A stretch of DNA of 64,000 bases from Lingula anatina (Eukaryota; Animalia; Brachiopoda), in contig CM120642.1 of NCBI GenBank assembly GCA_051362555.1, forward strand, positions 11,408,001 to 11,472,000, in the 5' to 3' direction. Each line of letters opens with the position of its first letter. The first letter of the stretch is position 1. Under the pieces are notes generated by a model that was given only the letters and a program-made list of their open reading frames with translations, ran no database searches and was not told the origin of the DNA. This document shows positions 26,700 through 41,317 of the stretch, piece after piece. Both the position numbers and the translations under genes were made by a program.

Positions 26700-29600
26700 A
26701 CCAATAAGTTATAATACCATGGGGCCACTGCATGAAAAGAACAAGGCAGCAAAGCTGTCAAATGTACAGACAAAAAACAGGAAATAACTATGCACAAAAT
26801 AGGCTACTGTCAGTTCTGATGCAAAAGTACATTATGTTAAACTGCAAATTCAACATCAAATTTTAATTATCCTCAACAGGTAATACCAATGTAATTAAAA
26901 TATGTGACAAGTTTACACTTTGAAAATGTATAACTTCCAGAAAAAGAAGTCACTTAGACTGCTTTTCCAACTCAGACTGCATTTTAGTCCTGTATTTCTT
27001 TTTTGAAAGTTCGGCAATCATAAGTAACATGGTTTTCCCATAATGGTCATCATGGCAGCAGCACCCAAAATTGTGTTTTCTTATATTCTGATGCAATATT
27101 ACATAATGGTTAACAGCATAATGACCGTCAATTTTTAATAATAAAATATACGTATCATGGATTTTCAGAAAATGTGACTAGCATGGGTCTTCAAGCCCGT
27201 GGAACTTCAAAGTCACACCTTGAAAATGCCAATATGTGAAAAATTAAGTTTTCACAAAATAACTGTTTAACTGGCAGTAAGAATTACCAAACAGACTGTA
27301 TTTCCTACTGAAGCTGTATTTTAGTCCCATGTTTCTTTCCTGTAAGTTTGAGAACAGTAAATGACATGGTTTTTCTTAAATGGTCATCATGGGAGCAGTG
27401 CCCAAAATAGTTTTTTTTTTCAAATTTTGATGCAATATTACATAATGTTTAACAGCATAATGACCATCAACTTTAATAATAAAATATTAGTATTATGGAT
27501 ATTCAGAAAATGTGACTAGCAAAGGTCTTCAGGCTCATGGAACTTCAAAGTCACAACTTGAAAATGCCAAAATGTAAACGAGACAGCACTGTTCTGAAAT
27601 GTTTTTTTTCCATTTTTAACAATTTTTAACATAAAACAAAATTAACAGTTTTCTGCCGTTTTTATATTATCAACTAAGAAAATTGATGAGATGGGAAAAA
27701 TATCAACAGAGCAGTGTTAAATGTCCAATCTCTCCCATTCTGAGATTCTGAACATAGTGAATGATTGAATCTGACAAACTGCAATGATATTTCCATTTTT
27801 GAAACTTTATTACACAATACACGATAACAAGTTTACCATCATTTTTACATAATCAACTAATAATGTTGTAAAATTGCAGGAAATGCCAAACAAACACTTT
27901 TACGTATCTTATTAGTTCAATAATGAAACTGTTTACATGCCTAAGAATTAAATCTGAGGAAATGTGAAAAAAACTGCATTTCTTTAAAATAATGGCCCGA
28001 TTATGCTGATTTTTGAACTCAACCTGCGTTTTAGCAGAAATGACCACTCCTGTGAGTTTAATGACAATTGGCCTATCTGTTTTTCTTATATTGTGTTTAC
28101 AGTGTTGCATATATGCTGAAAAGTGAAAAAAAAAGCATAACTACTAAAATAGTGGTCCGATCATGCCGGTTTTCGAACTTGACCTGCGTTATAGTAAGAT
28201 TGATTACTCCTGTGAGTTTCATGACAAAAAGCTTATCGGTTTTCCTTGAAATGTGTTTACAGTGTTGCATATATGCTGAAAAGTGAAAAAACAGCATAAC
28301 TTCTACATTAATGGCCCGATCATGCTGATTTTCGAACTTGACCTGCATTTTATGAATATTCATCAGCTCTGTAAATATACAGCCAAAAAGTAAAACTGCC
28401 TTCCACTTATCATGTTTACAATGAAAGTGCATGGCACCAGCGACAGCGACAGTGACGGCAACGACGGCGACGACAGACGCAGGTGATGGCAATATGTACA
28501 GACACATCTGTACATATTAACTGTACTGTTTGAGCACAGTAAGTGACATGGTTTTTCTTAAATGGTCATCATGGGAGCAGTGCCCAAAATAGTTTTTTTT
28601 CAAATTTTGATGCAATATTACATAATGTTTAACAGCATAATGATCATCAATTTTTAATAATAAAATATTAGTATCATGGACAAATAGTAAACGTGACTAA
28701 CAAAGGTTTTTAGGCTGATGGGACTTCAAAGTCACACCTTAAAAATGCCAAAATGTAAACAAGACTGCACTGTTCTGAAATGGGTTTATTTCCATTTTTA
28801 ACACTTTTTTAACATAAAACAAAATTAATAGGTTACTGCCATTTTTAAAAGATCAACTAAGAAAATTGATGAGATGGGAAAAATATCAATAGAACAGTGT
28901 TAAATGTCCAATTTCTTCCATTCTGAGATTCTGAACATAGTGAATGATTGAATCTGACAAACTGCATGATATGAGTTTATTTCCATTTTTGACACTTTAT
29001 TACACAATACACGATAACAAGTTTACCATCATTTTTACATAATCAACTAACAATGTTGTAAAGATTCAGGAAATGTCAAACAAACACTTTTACGTATCTT
29101 ATTACTTAAATAATAAGGCTATTAACATGCCTAAGAATTAAATCTGAGGAAATCTGAGGAAATGTGAAAAAACAGCATAACTTCTAAAATAATGCCCCGA
29201 TTATGCTGATTTTCGAACTCAACCTGCATTTTAGTAAGACTGACCGTTCCTGTGAGTTTAATGACAATTGGGCTTTCTGTTTTTCTTATATTGTGTTTAC
29301 AGTGTTGCATATATGCTGAACAATGAAAAAACCGCATAACTACTAAAATAGTGGCCAGATCATGCTGATTTTCGAACTTGACCTGCGTTTTAGTAAGATT
29401 GATTACTCCTGTGAGTTTCATGACAACAGGCCTAATGGTTTTCCTTAAAATGTGTTTACAAGGTTGCATATATGCTGAAAAGTGAAAAAACAGCATAACT
29501 TCTACAATAATGGCCCGATCATGCTGATTTTCGAACTTGACCTGCGTTTTATGAATATTCATCAGCTCTGTAAATATAAAGCCAAAAAGTAAAACTGCCT

Positions 29601-29720
29601 TCCACTTATCATGTTTACAAGGAAAGTGCACGGCGACGGCATCGGCATCGGCATCGGCATCGGCGACGACAGATGCAGGTGATGGTAATATGTACAGACA
29701 CATCTGTGTCTGTACATAAA
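26700..29720 (-). mobile_element. Helentron/DINE-1 (HINE)-like non-autonomous element with internal tandem repeats, partly duplicated in tandem
   Basis: The end at 29689-29718 is a perfect stem TATGTACAGACAC-ATCT-GTGTCTGTACATA next to an A/T run. Inward follow a (GGCATC/GCGAC)n microsatellite, ~160-bp tandem units and ~335-bp units. Segments 27347-28511 and 28529-29709 are near-identical direct copies. Left boundary approximate. Confidence 0.65.
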
Positions 29721-29926
29721 AAATCCTCCAAAAAGTGAAATAATGCAAATAAATATTTCTTTATCAAAACATACTGATTTAATCAACATTAGTAACAAGA
29801 ATTTCAATAAGAACATGTGGACAATTATAGATTAATTTTAACAGCCTCAAAAGCAAATCCGCAGTAAAATATATATACATTTACTCTTTTGTTTGTGTAG
29901 ATCAGTTAATTAGTAGGAAACAAGGA

Positions 29927-32900
29927 TTACTTTTTCTTTGGTCTAGACCTCCCAGGGCCTGAAGGAGGACTCATGATATCTGAGCCTGCTGCAGAAGAGT
30001 CCTCCAAACTGTCATCTGCTTCAATGTGACCGCCTGGTGTGTGTGGGTTGTCATCAGGATGCTGGGAGTCCGAGTCATCCAACACAATAGGCCTAGGTGA
30101 TAATTATAAAGAATTTCTTAAGCAAGACAAAAAAAGTTGTCTTATAATTTTGCATATAAATTCATCATAATTTCAATATTCAAAGTATTCTTTTTAGTGC
30201 CATATCAGTAAAATTACACAAAAATAAAAAATAAAATAAAAATCTCATGGAGCACTGCTAATTCTCTACATCACTGCATGTCTTTTCAAATATTATCAAA
30301 TTCTTATCATCACACACTGCAGGATAGAAATGACACTTCCTTTATTTCTAAAGATACACACTTTATATCTGACGGCTCAGACTTGATATTTTGGGTCCAC
30401 TTTCCTTCCTCTTCTTGATGAAGACTTCCTGTTTCATCTGCTTGGTCTGAGCTAGTGTCCAGTGAATGAAAGCCTGAGAAATACACCAACATGATACATT
30501 GTTTAGCATACCACTGTAACATTTACAGATAATGCAACGATTCAACTATATTAATGAACACATCTGTAATATTAGATAAAAGATATTTTGTACCCAGAGA
30601 CTGGTGTACATGATATCTTTAAAAAAAATGCTTGAGATTTTTAAAGTTTCACTAAATAAAATGTAAAAGCATTTATGGCTTAAAAACACATACTTTCTAA
30701 CTGCAGAGGCTGATCAGACTCCGTGTTATCATCTGACTCTGGTTCTGAGGATGGAAAGTGAATGTCAGCAAAAGATTCATCTTTAACCCTAAAATGCACA
30801 AGAAAGCATGTGAAACACAAGTGACACAATTTAACCAGATGCAATAAAAACTGCCAATTTGTATGTGAATACGTAAGTCCATTGTCAAGTGAAACAGTTT
30901 CTTTTACAAATATTAACTAGTAATTGTATGCATGTGGATGAGAATTAATGTACCCCAGTATGTGTATGCCTGCATGCACTCACAGAATGGGCATGCTAGC
31001 AAACTGTCATTTGTGTAAGCACAAATGTATGTGTATATATGCTTTCACATGTGTGGAACTCACTTTGTTTTTTCCTCTTCCCCAATCTCTGAATCTGTAA
31101 TAGGCTGCTTTACTTTCTCATAATCCTCTGTTAACTGCTGGCAAACCAGTAGCATATTGTTGTGATAATTGACCACCCGTGTCTGGTAGAATTCATGAAG
31201 GTTGCTTATACTTCCTATGCCAACTTCAAAAAACACTTGCTGAATAATATCCTTAAAGAGATCATAAAATAAGAAAAAGTGTTACAGTTTTCACTTTGTA
31301 AAAATCAATCTGATATTCTACATGGGACATGGAACCATAAAAGTGGCTTATATTTTTACTTTTGTTTGCAGAATTTTTTTTCTTAAATTATGCTCAAAAT
31401 GCATACAGGCACTGAACTGATATCATTATAAAAAACTCAAGTTTAACTTTTAGCATTCTATTCCAAAAGACCATAATATATTATCTTTTTTACCAGTATC
31501 TCCACAACAAGACAGTATATAACAGAATATAACACTAAAATAGATAAAACAGTACAAAAAGCCATCACACCTGAAAGCCTGTATAGCCATGCAAACACTC
31601 ATTGTCTTTTGATGTTCGTAGCAGTTTAGTTAGTCTGGTCATATAGTCATGGCTTACATCTGTCAATGTTTCCAGGACTGACTCTGGGCAAGCTGAAATA
31701 ACAATATAACTAGCTTAGGGTCTAAACCTAATAACAGAACCTGCAACAGAAATGGTCTTGGTTTGCAAAATGTCTACAGAAAAGAAAGTAGAACACCAGG
31801 GTTAACCAGAGTAACTATTCATCTTAATTAATTAATTAATAATGATAAATAATTGATTAAAATATTTATCTATTTTTATTTTTCTTCTTTCTTTTTCTTC
31901 TCATTGTTTTTTTATCTCTTTTTTTTTTAAGGAAAAGTTCTGGTTGGGCTACATTTGTTAGTGTAATCCCAATATAAACCTTGTCTTGGTATAACGTTTC
32001 ATTTATATGACCCCACACTAGTGGGCTGGATTTGGTCTTAAAATGCAATTTAAGATCACAAGTGCTCTTACACGATCTTAATCATTACAGCAGTAGTCTT
32101 AAAATGGACTGAATCTGCTTTTAAGGTCCAAAATGATCTAACATCTACTTAAGTGGTCAAGCAGTTTCCTCCCCTCACAATGGGGGACACCTCCCCTCAC
32201 AATAGAGGACACTTCTGCTCACAATAGGAGAATGTGTAAGGGGAGACAACTTAATTGGCTGTCAGACCAGAAATGGCCTTACTCATGGTTTAAGATCATG
32301 TAAGACTATTTGTGAACTTAAATTGCACTTTAAGACCAAATCAAGCCCACTAGTGCCAGTTCTTGAATCTTCTCAGCATCAATAGGTATTCTACAATTAC
32401 AATAAGTCATTTTATATAAGCAAATCTGTATTTATCAAATTAATTTACAATTATTAACATTATCTCACTTTCATATCCTGCATGTGCACAAATTGCTGCC
32501 ACTGAATTTCTTAACAGCATCCGACATGTCATGCTGTCAATTTCTAATGGAGCATTGCCTATTCCCCTTGAGAAATCACTGAAAAAAAAGAAAGCAAAAA
32601 ATATCAGGACATGAATCAAAAGAAAGAATGGTCAAATCAAAATACTGTACTGTCCAGATCAAAACTTAGTTGTTTTTAAAGTGGTGGCATCTTCATCTTA
32701 CATTAAATAATACATTTAATCTTGATCTACACACAAACTTCTAAAAACATTTCCATCTATAAAAGATAAATTACTTTGGCTTAAGAGAAATAAATACATT
32801 TATTCTTCTTTAGTTAAAACATTCATGTGTTTAGTTAAATTACTGCTTTGAGGCAAAATGTCTTTTTCTTTAGTACAACTCATCATCATGGTGGGGTAAT

Positions 32901-34029
32901 GATGATCATAACAGTAAGCTTAACTACTAAGAGCACAAGGTTTGTGTCCGGCTGTTACCCGGTACATGATTTTAGCCTTCTACTTGATATGTTGATATTT
33001 TCTCCTTTTAATTTATGATTAATCCTGAACAAATCCTTGATAGACTGGCAACAAAATCATCAAACTTTAAAATTTCTACAGCCATTTGATATATTATCTT
33101 GACAATCTATATCACCTTGAGCACTTTGCAAAAATTGTACATGCTAACATGATGAGATCTACCTCACCTTTCCGTATCTTTAGGAAGAAAAGGCAGGGGA
33201 GTGTTTCCATTGTCTTTTCTGTGACAGCCAAAGCTATCACAATCTGGCACCGGTGATGGGCTGGGGAAACTGATGCCTTCTAACTCTGCTGGGCTCTGAA
33301 ACAGTGTGGAATTTGAATGTCACTTCACAATTTACCAGCAGTCAATCGTATCATTCCCAAGTGAAAAGACTTTTTTTTTTTTTGGAGGAGGGGGGGAGGG
33401 AGGCAATACATCTGGAAACATCTTAAGCCTTTACCTGAACATACTGTGCACAGTTTTAATAAATTCAGATCTTACACCACAAGTAATGGAAAGTTACCAT
33501 ACTATCTCTCTGTTGCTGTATGGACACTGTCATAATCTTGAGTCTCTTTGCATGCTGGAGTAAGCGTATCGTATGAACCATCAAAGGATCAATAGCAAAC
33601 TGCTCTGCTGGAAGTGGACTAAAATACAAAGATTTGCAAACTGTTGGCCAAAACATATTTTGAAGGATATACACATTTGGTGAAAATTTCATTGTTTTAT
33701 TAATGTGAGCTGTGTTTTGTACAAAAAAGTCAAGAAAAATCAACATTTAAAAAAAGATGAATAACATCAAGTTCTGACATAAGGTTTCAACAGAATGTAT
33801 GTTGAATGCATATTATGCACTCACTTAAAACCATATAACATGGGTGTACTAGTAAAACCACATCAACATACTCGCTGGTTGGTGGATAATGCCTGGCTGA
33901 AGGTTGATGAAGCCTGGGACCTTCTACCTCCATTGGTCTAGGTTTTGTCATTTGTTCCCTCTCAATTGCTGCTATCCCTGGGTCTGTATCTGGGAGGCTT
34001 GGCATTTCTCCCCAGTGAGATGCCATCAT
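29927..34029 (-). CDS. SUPT7L: STAGA/SAGA complex subunit SPT7-like (STAF65 gamma)
   Basis: Exons 34029-33872, 33618-33498, 33295-33168, 32578-32469, 31692-31571, 31251-31064, 30788-30694, 30473-30362, 30092-29927. Motifs HWGEMP, LHQPSA, HTIRLLQHAKRL, AHAGYE, ESVLETLTDV, QVFFEVGIGS match my recollection of vertebrate SUPT7L. Confidence 0.88.
32016..32355. mobile_element. CACTA/EnSpm-like MITE in a SUPT7L intron
   Basis: Termini CACTAGTGGGCT ... AGCCCACTAGTG with ~70 bp of imperfect inverted repeat; 3-bp direct repeat CCA on both sides. Confidence 0.8.
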
Positions 34030-34475
34030 TTCTCCTTATTGCCTTGCAATATAACCTAAAGTCTAATGGACGAGTAGTAAGAGCATACAAAGTTATGAAT
34101 TGCTGCCATTTGGGCAAAGTTGAAACCAACAACACATTTGACGAAATACACAAATACGGTGTTGAAATAAAAACATAAGCTCACCGGTATGTAGCAGTCA
34201 AGTTTAAACTTTCAGAAAAATCGGAAGCCGTTTAAATAATCATTATGCACTCAATCAACATACAACGCTCGAAACCTGGCGAACTGTCATGGGAGCAGCC
34301 ATTACATAGCAATCACGCACTGACAAATCTGAGCAAAATAAAATTATTATAAATCGATAATAATCATCAAACACGTTGCAGATAATCAAAATAAAATTAT
34401 TTTAAGAACTATCTTGAACGTAAGTCACAAATTTACAATTGTATTGTTTCGTATACATATTCACTGCGGAATATC

Positions 34476-34511
34476 GTTGCCTAGATACATCACACTAGCG
34501 CAGCCATTTTG
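34476..34511 (+). promoter_or_regulatory. RFX X-box-like (GTTGCCTAGATAC) and YY1-like (CAGCCATTTTG) motifs in the SUPT7L/TTC29 divergent promoter
   Basis: Motifs at 34476-34488 and 34501-34511; a likely non-coding first exon of TTC29 ends at donor aag|gtagg 34605. Confidence 0.5.
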
Positions 34512-35524
34512 GAAAATGATTTTGATATGGAAGTCGATTGTCACTTGAAAATACGGGCATATCTGCCTATTTTTAATATCATCGTGCGTTAAACATTATA
34601 AAAAGGTAGGTTACATCTTTAAGTTCACCTGAAGTTTTGAAATATAATTTTAAGAGCTCATTTTGTGCAGTTCGTACGTTTAAGGGAACGCACTACACGT
34701 ACATGAATTTGATAAATATTTGACTGACGTGTCATTTTAATTTGACTAAAATCTCTTCAGGTTGGATCTTTTTTAGGAATGTTTCATAATATGATACAGC
34801 AAACTTTAAATCTTTTTTAGTTTGACAAATAGTAGTAGACCCAAAACTTTTAAGTAAGTTGAGAGGTGTCCATTAAGTATTTAGATTGTGATATAAATCG
34901 AAAATATTATTGAAATTTAAATTGCCACTCCACCGTATTTTCCTGCCAAAATGAATTGTTATAGATTGTTATGTGTTTGAAATCTCTCACAGTCATGTTC
35001 ATGTTCTGTTCTTCTTAAATCTTTTAATTCAGATTCTAAAGACAATAAAACCCTTTATCTAAAAGTTTATCTGGAGGGTACCCAGTATGTTGTTATTATC
35101 TTCTCAGCCTACTTGGCTAGCCACTGCCAGCTTGGTATATCTGTATTTTAAATGGAAGAAAAGATCAATTCCATATACAAAGATGGGCCAAGCAATTATT
35201 TGCGGCTAGGACAAAATTGCTCTTTTTCCCAGGAAAATTCAGTTTGGCAGGAAAATCCGGTGGATGGCCCTTTAACCATGATGCATTTTTAGAAGACCCT
35301 TTAAAACTATTTTATTATGAATAAGGCAACAATTTTGCACAGTTATGACACAAACTTGATTGAATGACCAGTAAATTTACATATGGATTGATAAAAATTA
35401 AAAAAATTACCTAGTACTGTATGTTATAGAGGTAAAACCACAGTTACTGGAGCCATCTATTTTTCTTTTCATTTTGTTACTATTTATGTATTTTTCAGAT
35501 AAATAAGAAATAAAAAATCTAAAG

Positions 35525-37416
35525 ATGACTACAGCTCTACCGGCTATCCGCCAGCATTCTGGCAAAATGGGTCAGCAGAACATGCAGCAGCACCACATGC
35601 CCAGCCCCCCTGTTACTGCCAGGTCTCCTTCCATGAGCACAAAGAGCTACTTGAAGCCTATGCGCAGGTCTCTAGGCAAGAAGGAGAAAGAGATGTTGAT
35701 GAGACAAGCAGCGCTTCGCTCGCAGCAACCTGAACTGACCAAGAGGGAAACAGCAGCGTGAGTGACATATTTTAAGAATAAGATATATCATAATGATCAG
35801 TTTTTGAAATGATGCAGTGTTTACTATAACTTTTCTATGATTTGAGTGATTGACCAGGCAATTAAAGTATGTATCTTAAAGTAACTACCTTGTGTAACAA
35901 TATAGATTGTTCTAAGGTTACACATTTTATGGTGGAGCACAGATGTGGTGTATAGCAAACAGCTCAAAAAGTAAAAATTTGCCCAACCTGGCAATTAAGG
36001 TTTTACAGTTTCAGTATTTGACAGACCAAATTTGTTCTGGCATTGACTAGGTAATTTATCCTATTACAGCTGCAACCTGATGTTCATTTTGTACATTGGA
36101 TTGTCAAATAAAAAAAAAAGTTAAACAAATTTAACACTTTATTTTAATGTTTTGTTTCTTTCACCAGGTACCGTAATACCTATATGCACAACCTGTGCCT
36201 GGACATGCTGCAGGAAGGCTTCCATAGGTCCTTCTCTGAACTGTTTGCACTGGTCAAGCGCCAGTACTCTGAGAGAGAGGCAGCAGGGCCAGAGTCCATG
36301 ATGTGGACACAGATGATGTTAGACGAGGAACATGAGAAATTAGAAATGCTTAAAGTTTTCCTTACAAGAGCTGAGGCTGCCCTTAGAAAAGGTGAGTTTT
36401 ACACCATATGCCAAACCCAGGAAGTTTTGGGAGAGGAGAGGCTTTATCATGATGAAATCCCCCTGCAAGACTTAATTTGTGCTTATTTTATATCACGGAT
36501 ACATCTATTTTGTGTATGCATATAGGCACATGCTTTTTTTTTTTTTTGCATCATGATATCAATGCTACCATTAAATACATAGATCTGTATATTTTGCTGG
36601 ATATACTATCAAAACACATGTATGCAACACTTATGAAAAGACATTCATGTCTGCCATTCCAGATGACTATGAGGAAGTGTACAATGCTCGGTATCAGCTG
36701 GCCAAGTATTTCCAGAGCACAGGAGACAAGTGGCTGTCAGATCATTTCTACACCACGTGTCTGGACACCAGTGGCTCCATCAAGGCTAATGTGAGGTTCC
36801 AGGCTGAGGCACACTGTAATGTGGGACTGGCTTTGGAAGAGAGTGGTAAGATAGTGCATTAGTCATCCTGTTTTGTCTTTTTGATTTATGTTAATGAGAT
36901 ACATTGGTCTGAAATGTGACACTTTACTTTAATGGTATCATTTCATGTCCAGGTAAATATTTCATTTGTCTAATATCGGTAATATAAATCTGACTTTTAC
37001 TATTGTACGTCTCTTTGTGAATGGGAAATATTGCTTTGTTTAATTACAGTATAAACCTTTTGGATAAGATATATTCAAAAAAATTGTCACCTTTTGAAAG
37101 ATGAGATGATATGGAACATGTAGTAATACACCATGACATCCTTTTCCAGGTGATTACTTCAATTCAGCAGAACAGTTAGAGAACTTCCACACCCATGCCT
37201 CAGAACACAAGGATTGGGTCACCAATGAGGGGGTCACACTGCACGCTGTGTCCTGTAACCATCTCATGAGGGTGTACACAACTATTGGGAACAAACTGGA
37301 GGCTAACAAAGAGCAGGAGGCCTCTCTGTCTTATTTTGTGAAAGCTTACAATATGGCTGTGGAAGGTGAGACAAGGGGGATAGATGGCATGTTATGGGGC
37401 AATATGACCAGGGAAG

Positions 37417-37476
<60 letters not shown>

Positions 37477-39935
37477 GCTTGCTGGAATTTTGTAAATTAA
37501 ATTTACAAAATTGAAATTATAGATATGGACTTTATGTTGTGCTTATTTCTGTTATGTCATTATCAGTTTGTTACTTGTATTTACTTCTGTCACCTGTGCT
37601 AGTGACAAAAGATATTTGAAAGAGATGTTATTTTAGGGTATAAGGCTAACTGTTAAAGAATTGCCATTCATAATGGCAAGCTGGTCAGATGAAAAGAATT
37701 TTTAAGCTGTAATTGTTTATAATTGCAATATTCTTTCTCTACAGGTGGTGACCTAAAACTCAAGGGAGAGTCCAGCTACAGATTGGGGCTTGCATATGAA
37801 AAGGCAAAAGATTCTGAAACTGCTCTTTTGGTAAGACCATCAGGACCATCAGATATTTGATTGCCAGACTGTTTTACATTACACAAATTCATACTTGCAG
37901 TAATCTTTAGTCTATAAAGTTGATTAAGCTAATATATAAAGTTGATTTAACTTTTATTTTCACATTGGAAAAGAGAATTTCAGAATATTTCAAAGGACTT
38001 TATGTTCCACTTTTTCTCACATTCATTATTTAATGATAAAAGAAACGTATTAGTATATTTAATTTCATTACAGTATCTGAATGACTTCTTGGAGACCTGC
38101 AAGCAACTGAATGATGATGTTGGTATCGGCCAAGCATGTGAAGCCATTGCAAAGTCTTATGAAAGGTAGTTTTCTTATGACTTATTGGTTGGTTGAATCA
38201 TTAATGGGAATCATCTGAGATGGCCCATATTCAAGCTGAATTTTTTTGCGAGATGTGAAACGAATTGGGTGTCAGACTAAAATGTGCGGTGTCTATTGTA
38301 CAATATTTTGTAGTGCTTTCTAAGCAGACATTCCTGATGTGTTGAATTAAGCCTTAAAGTTTATTGCTTAAAAGTTAACCACACCTCACTTTTGCACATT
38401 TTACACTGACAGCCTAGTTTTATGCTGTCTGCAGTCTTTGATGATTTTCATTGATTCAGAAGATGATATATATTTTATTGCATGTCTTGTCATTATCGCG
38501 TCTGCAATATTTATTGAAGGGCATTTTTTAAAAATATGATTATTGTTATTATTTAAATACATAATGTTCTGTGAAAATATTTATGCTTCATGTGATTAAC
38601 AGCTGGTAGGACTTCTAGACATGTGGCACATGCATTTAATGTATTACACTTGGTCATTGCTGTGTGAAGATAATAATAGCTTTGTGATGCTATACTTTCA
38701 GTCTTGGTAAAATCAATGAAAGCATCCGTTATTTGGAGCAGTTCTGTGAGGTTGCTGAGAGGAGTAAGCAAGAGAAGGCTTATAGCAAGGCTTGCAGCAA
38801 TTTGGGAGCTGTTTTCAATTCACTGGTGAGTTTTGAAAATATTATGTGCGAACTTTCTGTTACAGGGACCCTCAGTTTCATCACAATTTTGAAAATTTTA
38901 GTATTTTGCCTTTTAGTAAATGGATCAGTGACTGAGATAGCCCATAGATAGACATTGTTATTGTTCTTTGGTTAAAATATGTAAATAATGATATCAAATG
39001 TGCTTGGTATCAATTTTAAAACTGTGTACGATGTATGTTTATATCTGAACATTTTCATGTTTGAACTTATTCTGAAAAAGGATGAACAAAAAAAAAACAG
39101 TCCCAATAATTAATGGTTTTGATTATCTTTCATTTTTAAAAAAAATTCTAATCATGTGTTTGTTTTCAGGGCAAATATGACAAAGCCACAGAATACTTCA
39201 GCAAGGCCTACAACTTGTCCAGAGCCCTTAATGACCAGGAGTCCATCAAGACGTCCAGGGTCCATTATGGTGTTGCAATGGCCCACAACATGATGCAGGG
39301 GTTCTGTAACCACCTGATTACCCCCACCAAGCCCAGCATGGAGAGACAGGTGGAGTGGAAGAGCACCAGGGTGGACGAGTTCAGCAAGGAGATACCTCAG
39401 GAGAAACAGGGTATGTTTTTACAGGCATTCTTGTCTTTAGGATTTCATGAAATGAAAATATTTAGTGTATTGACATTACTGAAACCACTGATTTTGTTTT
39501 TAGTCATACATAATATTTTGTTGACATATTTGCAAGTATGTAGAATTCCTCTAACATTATGATGATTTGGCTCCTTTTTCCATATTTTATTGCCATAACT
39601 ACATAAGACACAAGAAAGCCAACCATATAGTTTTATAGACCATGAATTGTTTTCTTGGAGACATTTTTGTTGATAAATAAATGATCATATATTTAATTAT
39701 TTGTAATATATATCAATTTGTTAACCTATTTACAGAGCAAGAGCAACCGAGCACAACCCCAGCATCCCACCAAACACAATCTGAGCCTGCTTCCAGGGAT
39801 GTGTCCAACATGGAGCCAGCAGCCACAGAGACGGCACCAGCCACTGAGGGTGAGGGTACCCCAAGTCAAGGCGAGGTAGAACAGGCTACAGAGAACCAAG
39901 AACCAGCAGACAGCCAAGCACCTGCAGAAAGTTGA
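35525..39935 (+). CDS. TTC29: Tetratricopeptide repeat protein 29 (cilia/flagella)
   Basis: Exons 35525-35757, 36168-36391, 36663-36845, 37150-37365, 37745-37830, 38074-38165, 38702-38825, 39170-39410, 39736-39935. Motifs AAYRNTYMHNLCLDMLQEGFHRSFSELFAL, LTRAEAA, DKWLSDHFY, AEAHCNVGL match my recollection of TTC29; TPR-like helices. Confidence 0.88.
37418..37473. repeat. (AAT)n microsatellite in a TTC29 intron
   Basis: Direct reading; explains the poly-N in ORF 37248..37514. Confidence 0.95.
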
Positions 39936-41317
39936 ACCCACAAGACCATGTAATGAACTGCTCTTGTAGCTAGTATATTAACAGTCCTCTGGTCTGAATG
40001 AAGGGAAGAGACAGACTTGAAGGAAAACAATAGACGGATCAATCCATATGAAACAGACATCTTGATAAACATTGAAATCCATTCTGTGATAGGTATTGAG
40101 TATAATGAAGGAAAGTGAGAAGGGAAAGTAACATCAGTTTTGTGACGTGTTTGGAGAGAATTTTGTTTGATGGCTAAAATTCTAGGTCTACAGACAGTCA
40201 TACCATCCGTCCAGATTATAGTTTGATTAACCTGCATATGCCAAATTTCACCATGAATGATTCTCTCCAAAATAAAGGTCGATTATATTCTTATTGAACT
40301 AGTGTATATAAAATATAGTTTATTTTTTGTCTGTTATGTCAATGTTATTTAGATTTATAGTTTAGCATTTTATTGACTCATTCATTAGGCATTACTTTCT
40401 GTATAATGCTTATTTCATGATGTAGGAAAGATATTCCTCACTTTTGAGTGCAGACTTCTTTGCAATAAGTAAAATTTTACATATGCTGAAAAACCCTTTT
40501 ATGTTCATACCTACACGTTGCCGCATTAAAATTGCCCAGAAGAACATTATACAGAAATGAAGTAGTACAAAAGTGGGCTAATTGTGTGACAATTTGTAAA
40601 TAAAGTCTTTAGAATTATTATTCTGTGTTAAAGTTTTAATTTAGTTATTATTCTTCCAACATTTAAATCTGGGTTCTCAAGAAATAAGCTGCCCAAATGA
40701 TAAATACATGCAAAAAAAATGAAAACAATTCAACAATCTTTTCCATTAGTTTTATTCTATTCTGTAAAATTGGTAAAACCATACATTGTGTTAGAATTCT
40801 GTTTTACACCACAGAAAAAATATTCAGTTCAGAAGTACATATGCCTGTAAAATCAGAAGTCTCATAACACTGGCTGTTTACTTAGCCACTGTATTCAGCC
40901 AGATATTACAAATGTAACTTCTCTTAACAAAAAGTAACCAACTCCACCCTGGGCCTGCCCAACCAGACCAAAAAATACGTTCAGCATGTCCACAATTGCA
41001 ACAGTTGAGACAAATCACAACCATCACAATTGTCACTCTAGTTTGAAACATCAGGTATGCACTGAAGACTTCTGCCACATTTCAGTTGGAAACCTTCACA
41101 GTTACAAGAATCCCTCTTTAAACATGGCTGTTAAGAAGAAGGAAATGTCACTGTCAATCACGTCAACTTTCCAACAGTAAGGTGACAGGAAGCCTACCCA
41201 TCATGGTGAAATCACTTCATATGTGCTAAAAACAACATCAGTTTTCACATCTAAAAGGTCTGGTTACTATAAACATTCAGTCATAGGTGTCTGGTCAAAT
41301 TAAAAATTCACAGAATA

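Noticed and set aside
27960-29560. Regularly spaced repeats superficially like a CRISPR array
   Set aside because: Eukaryotic context, units are similar along their whole length with no unique spacers, and no cas genes are present.
28097-29816. Two similar 136-205 aa ORFs with a hydrophobic start and internal repeats
   Set aside because: They lie wholly within the duplicated repeat element; their periodicity mirrors the DNA repeat and they show no known domain.
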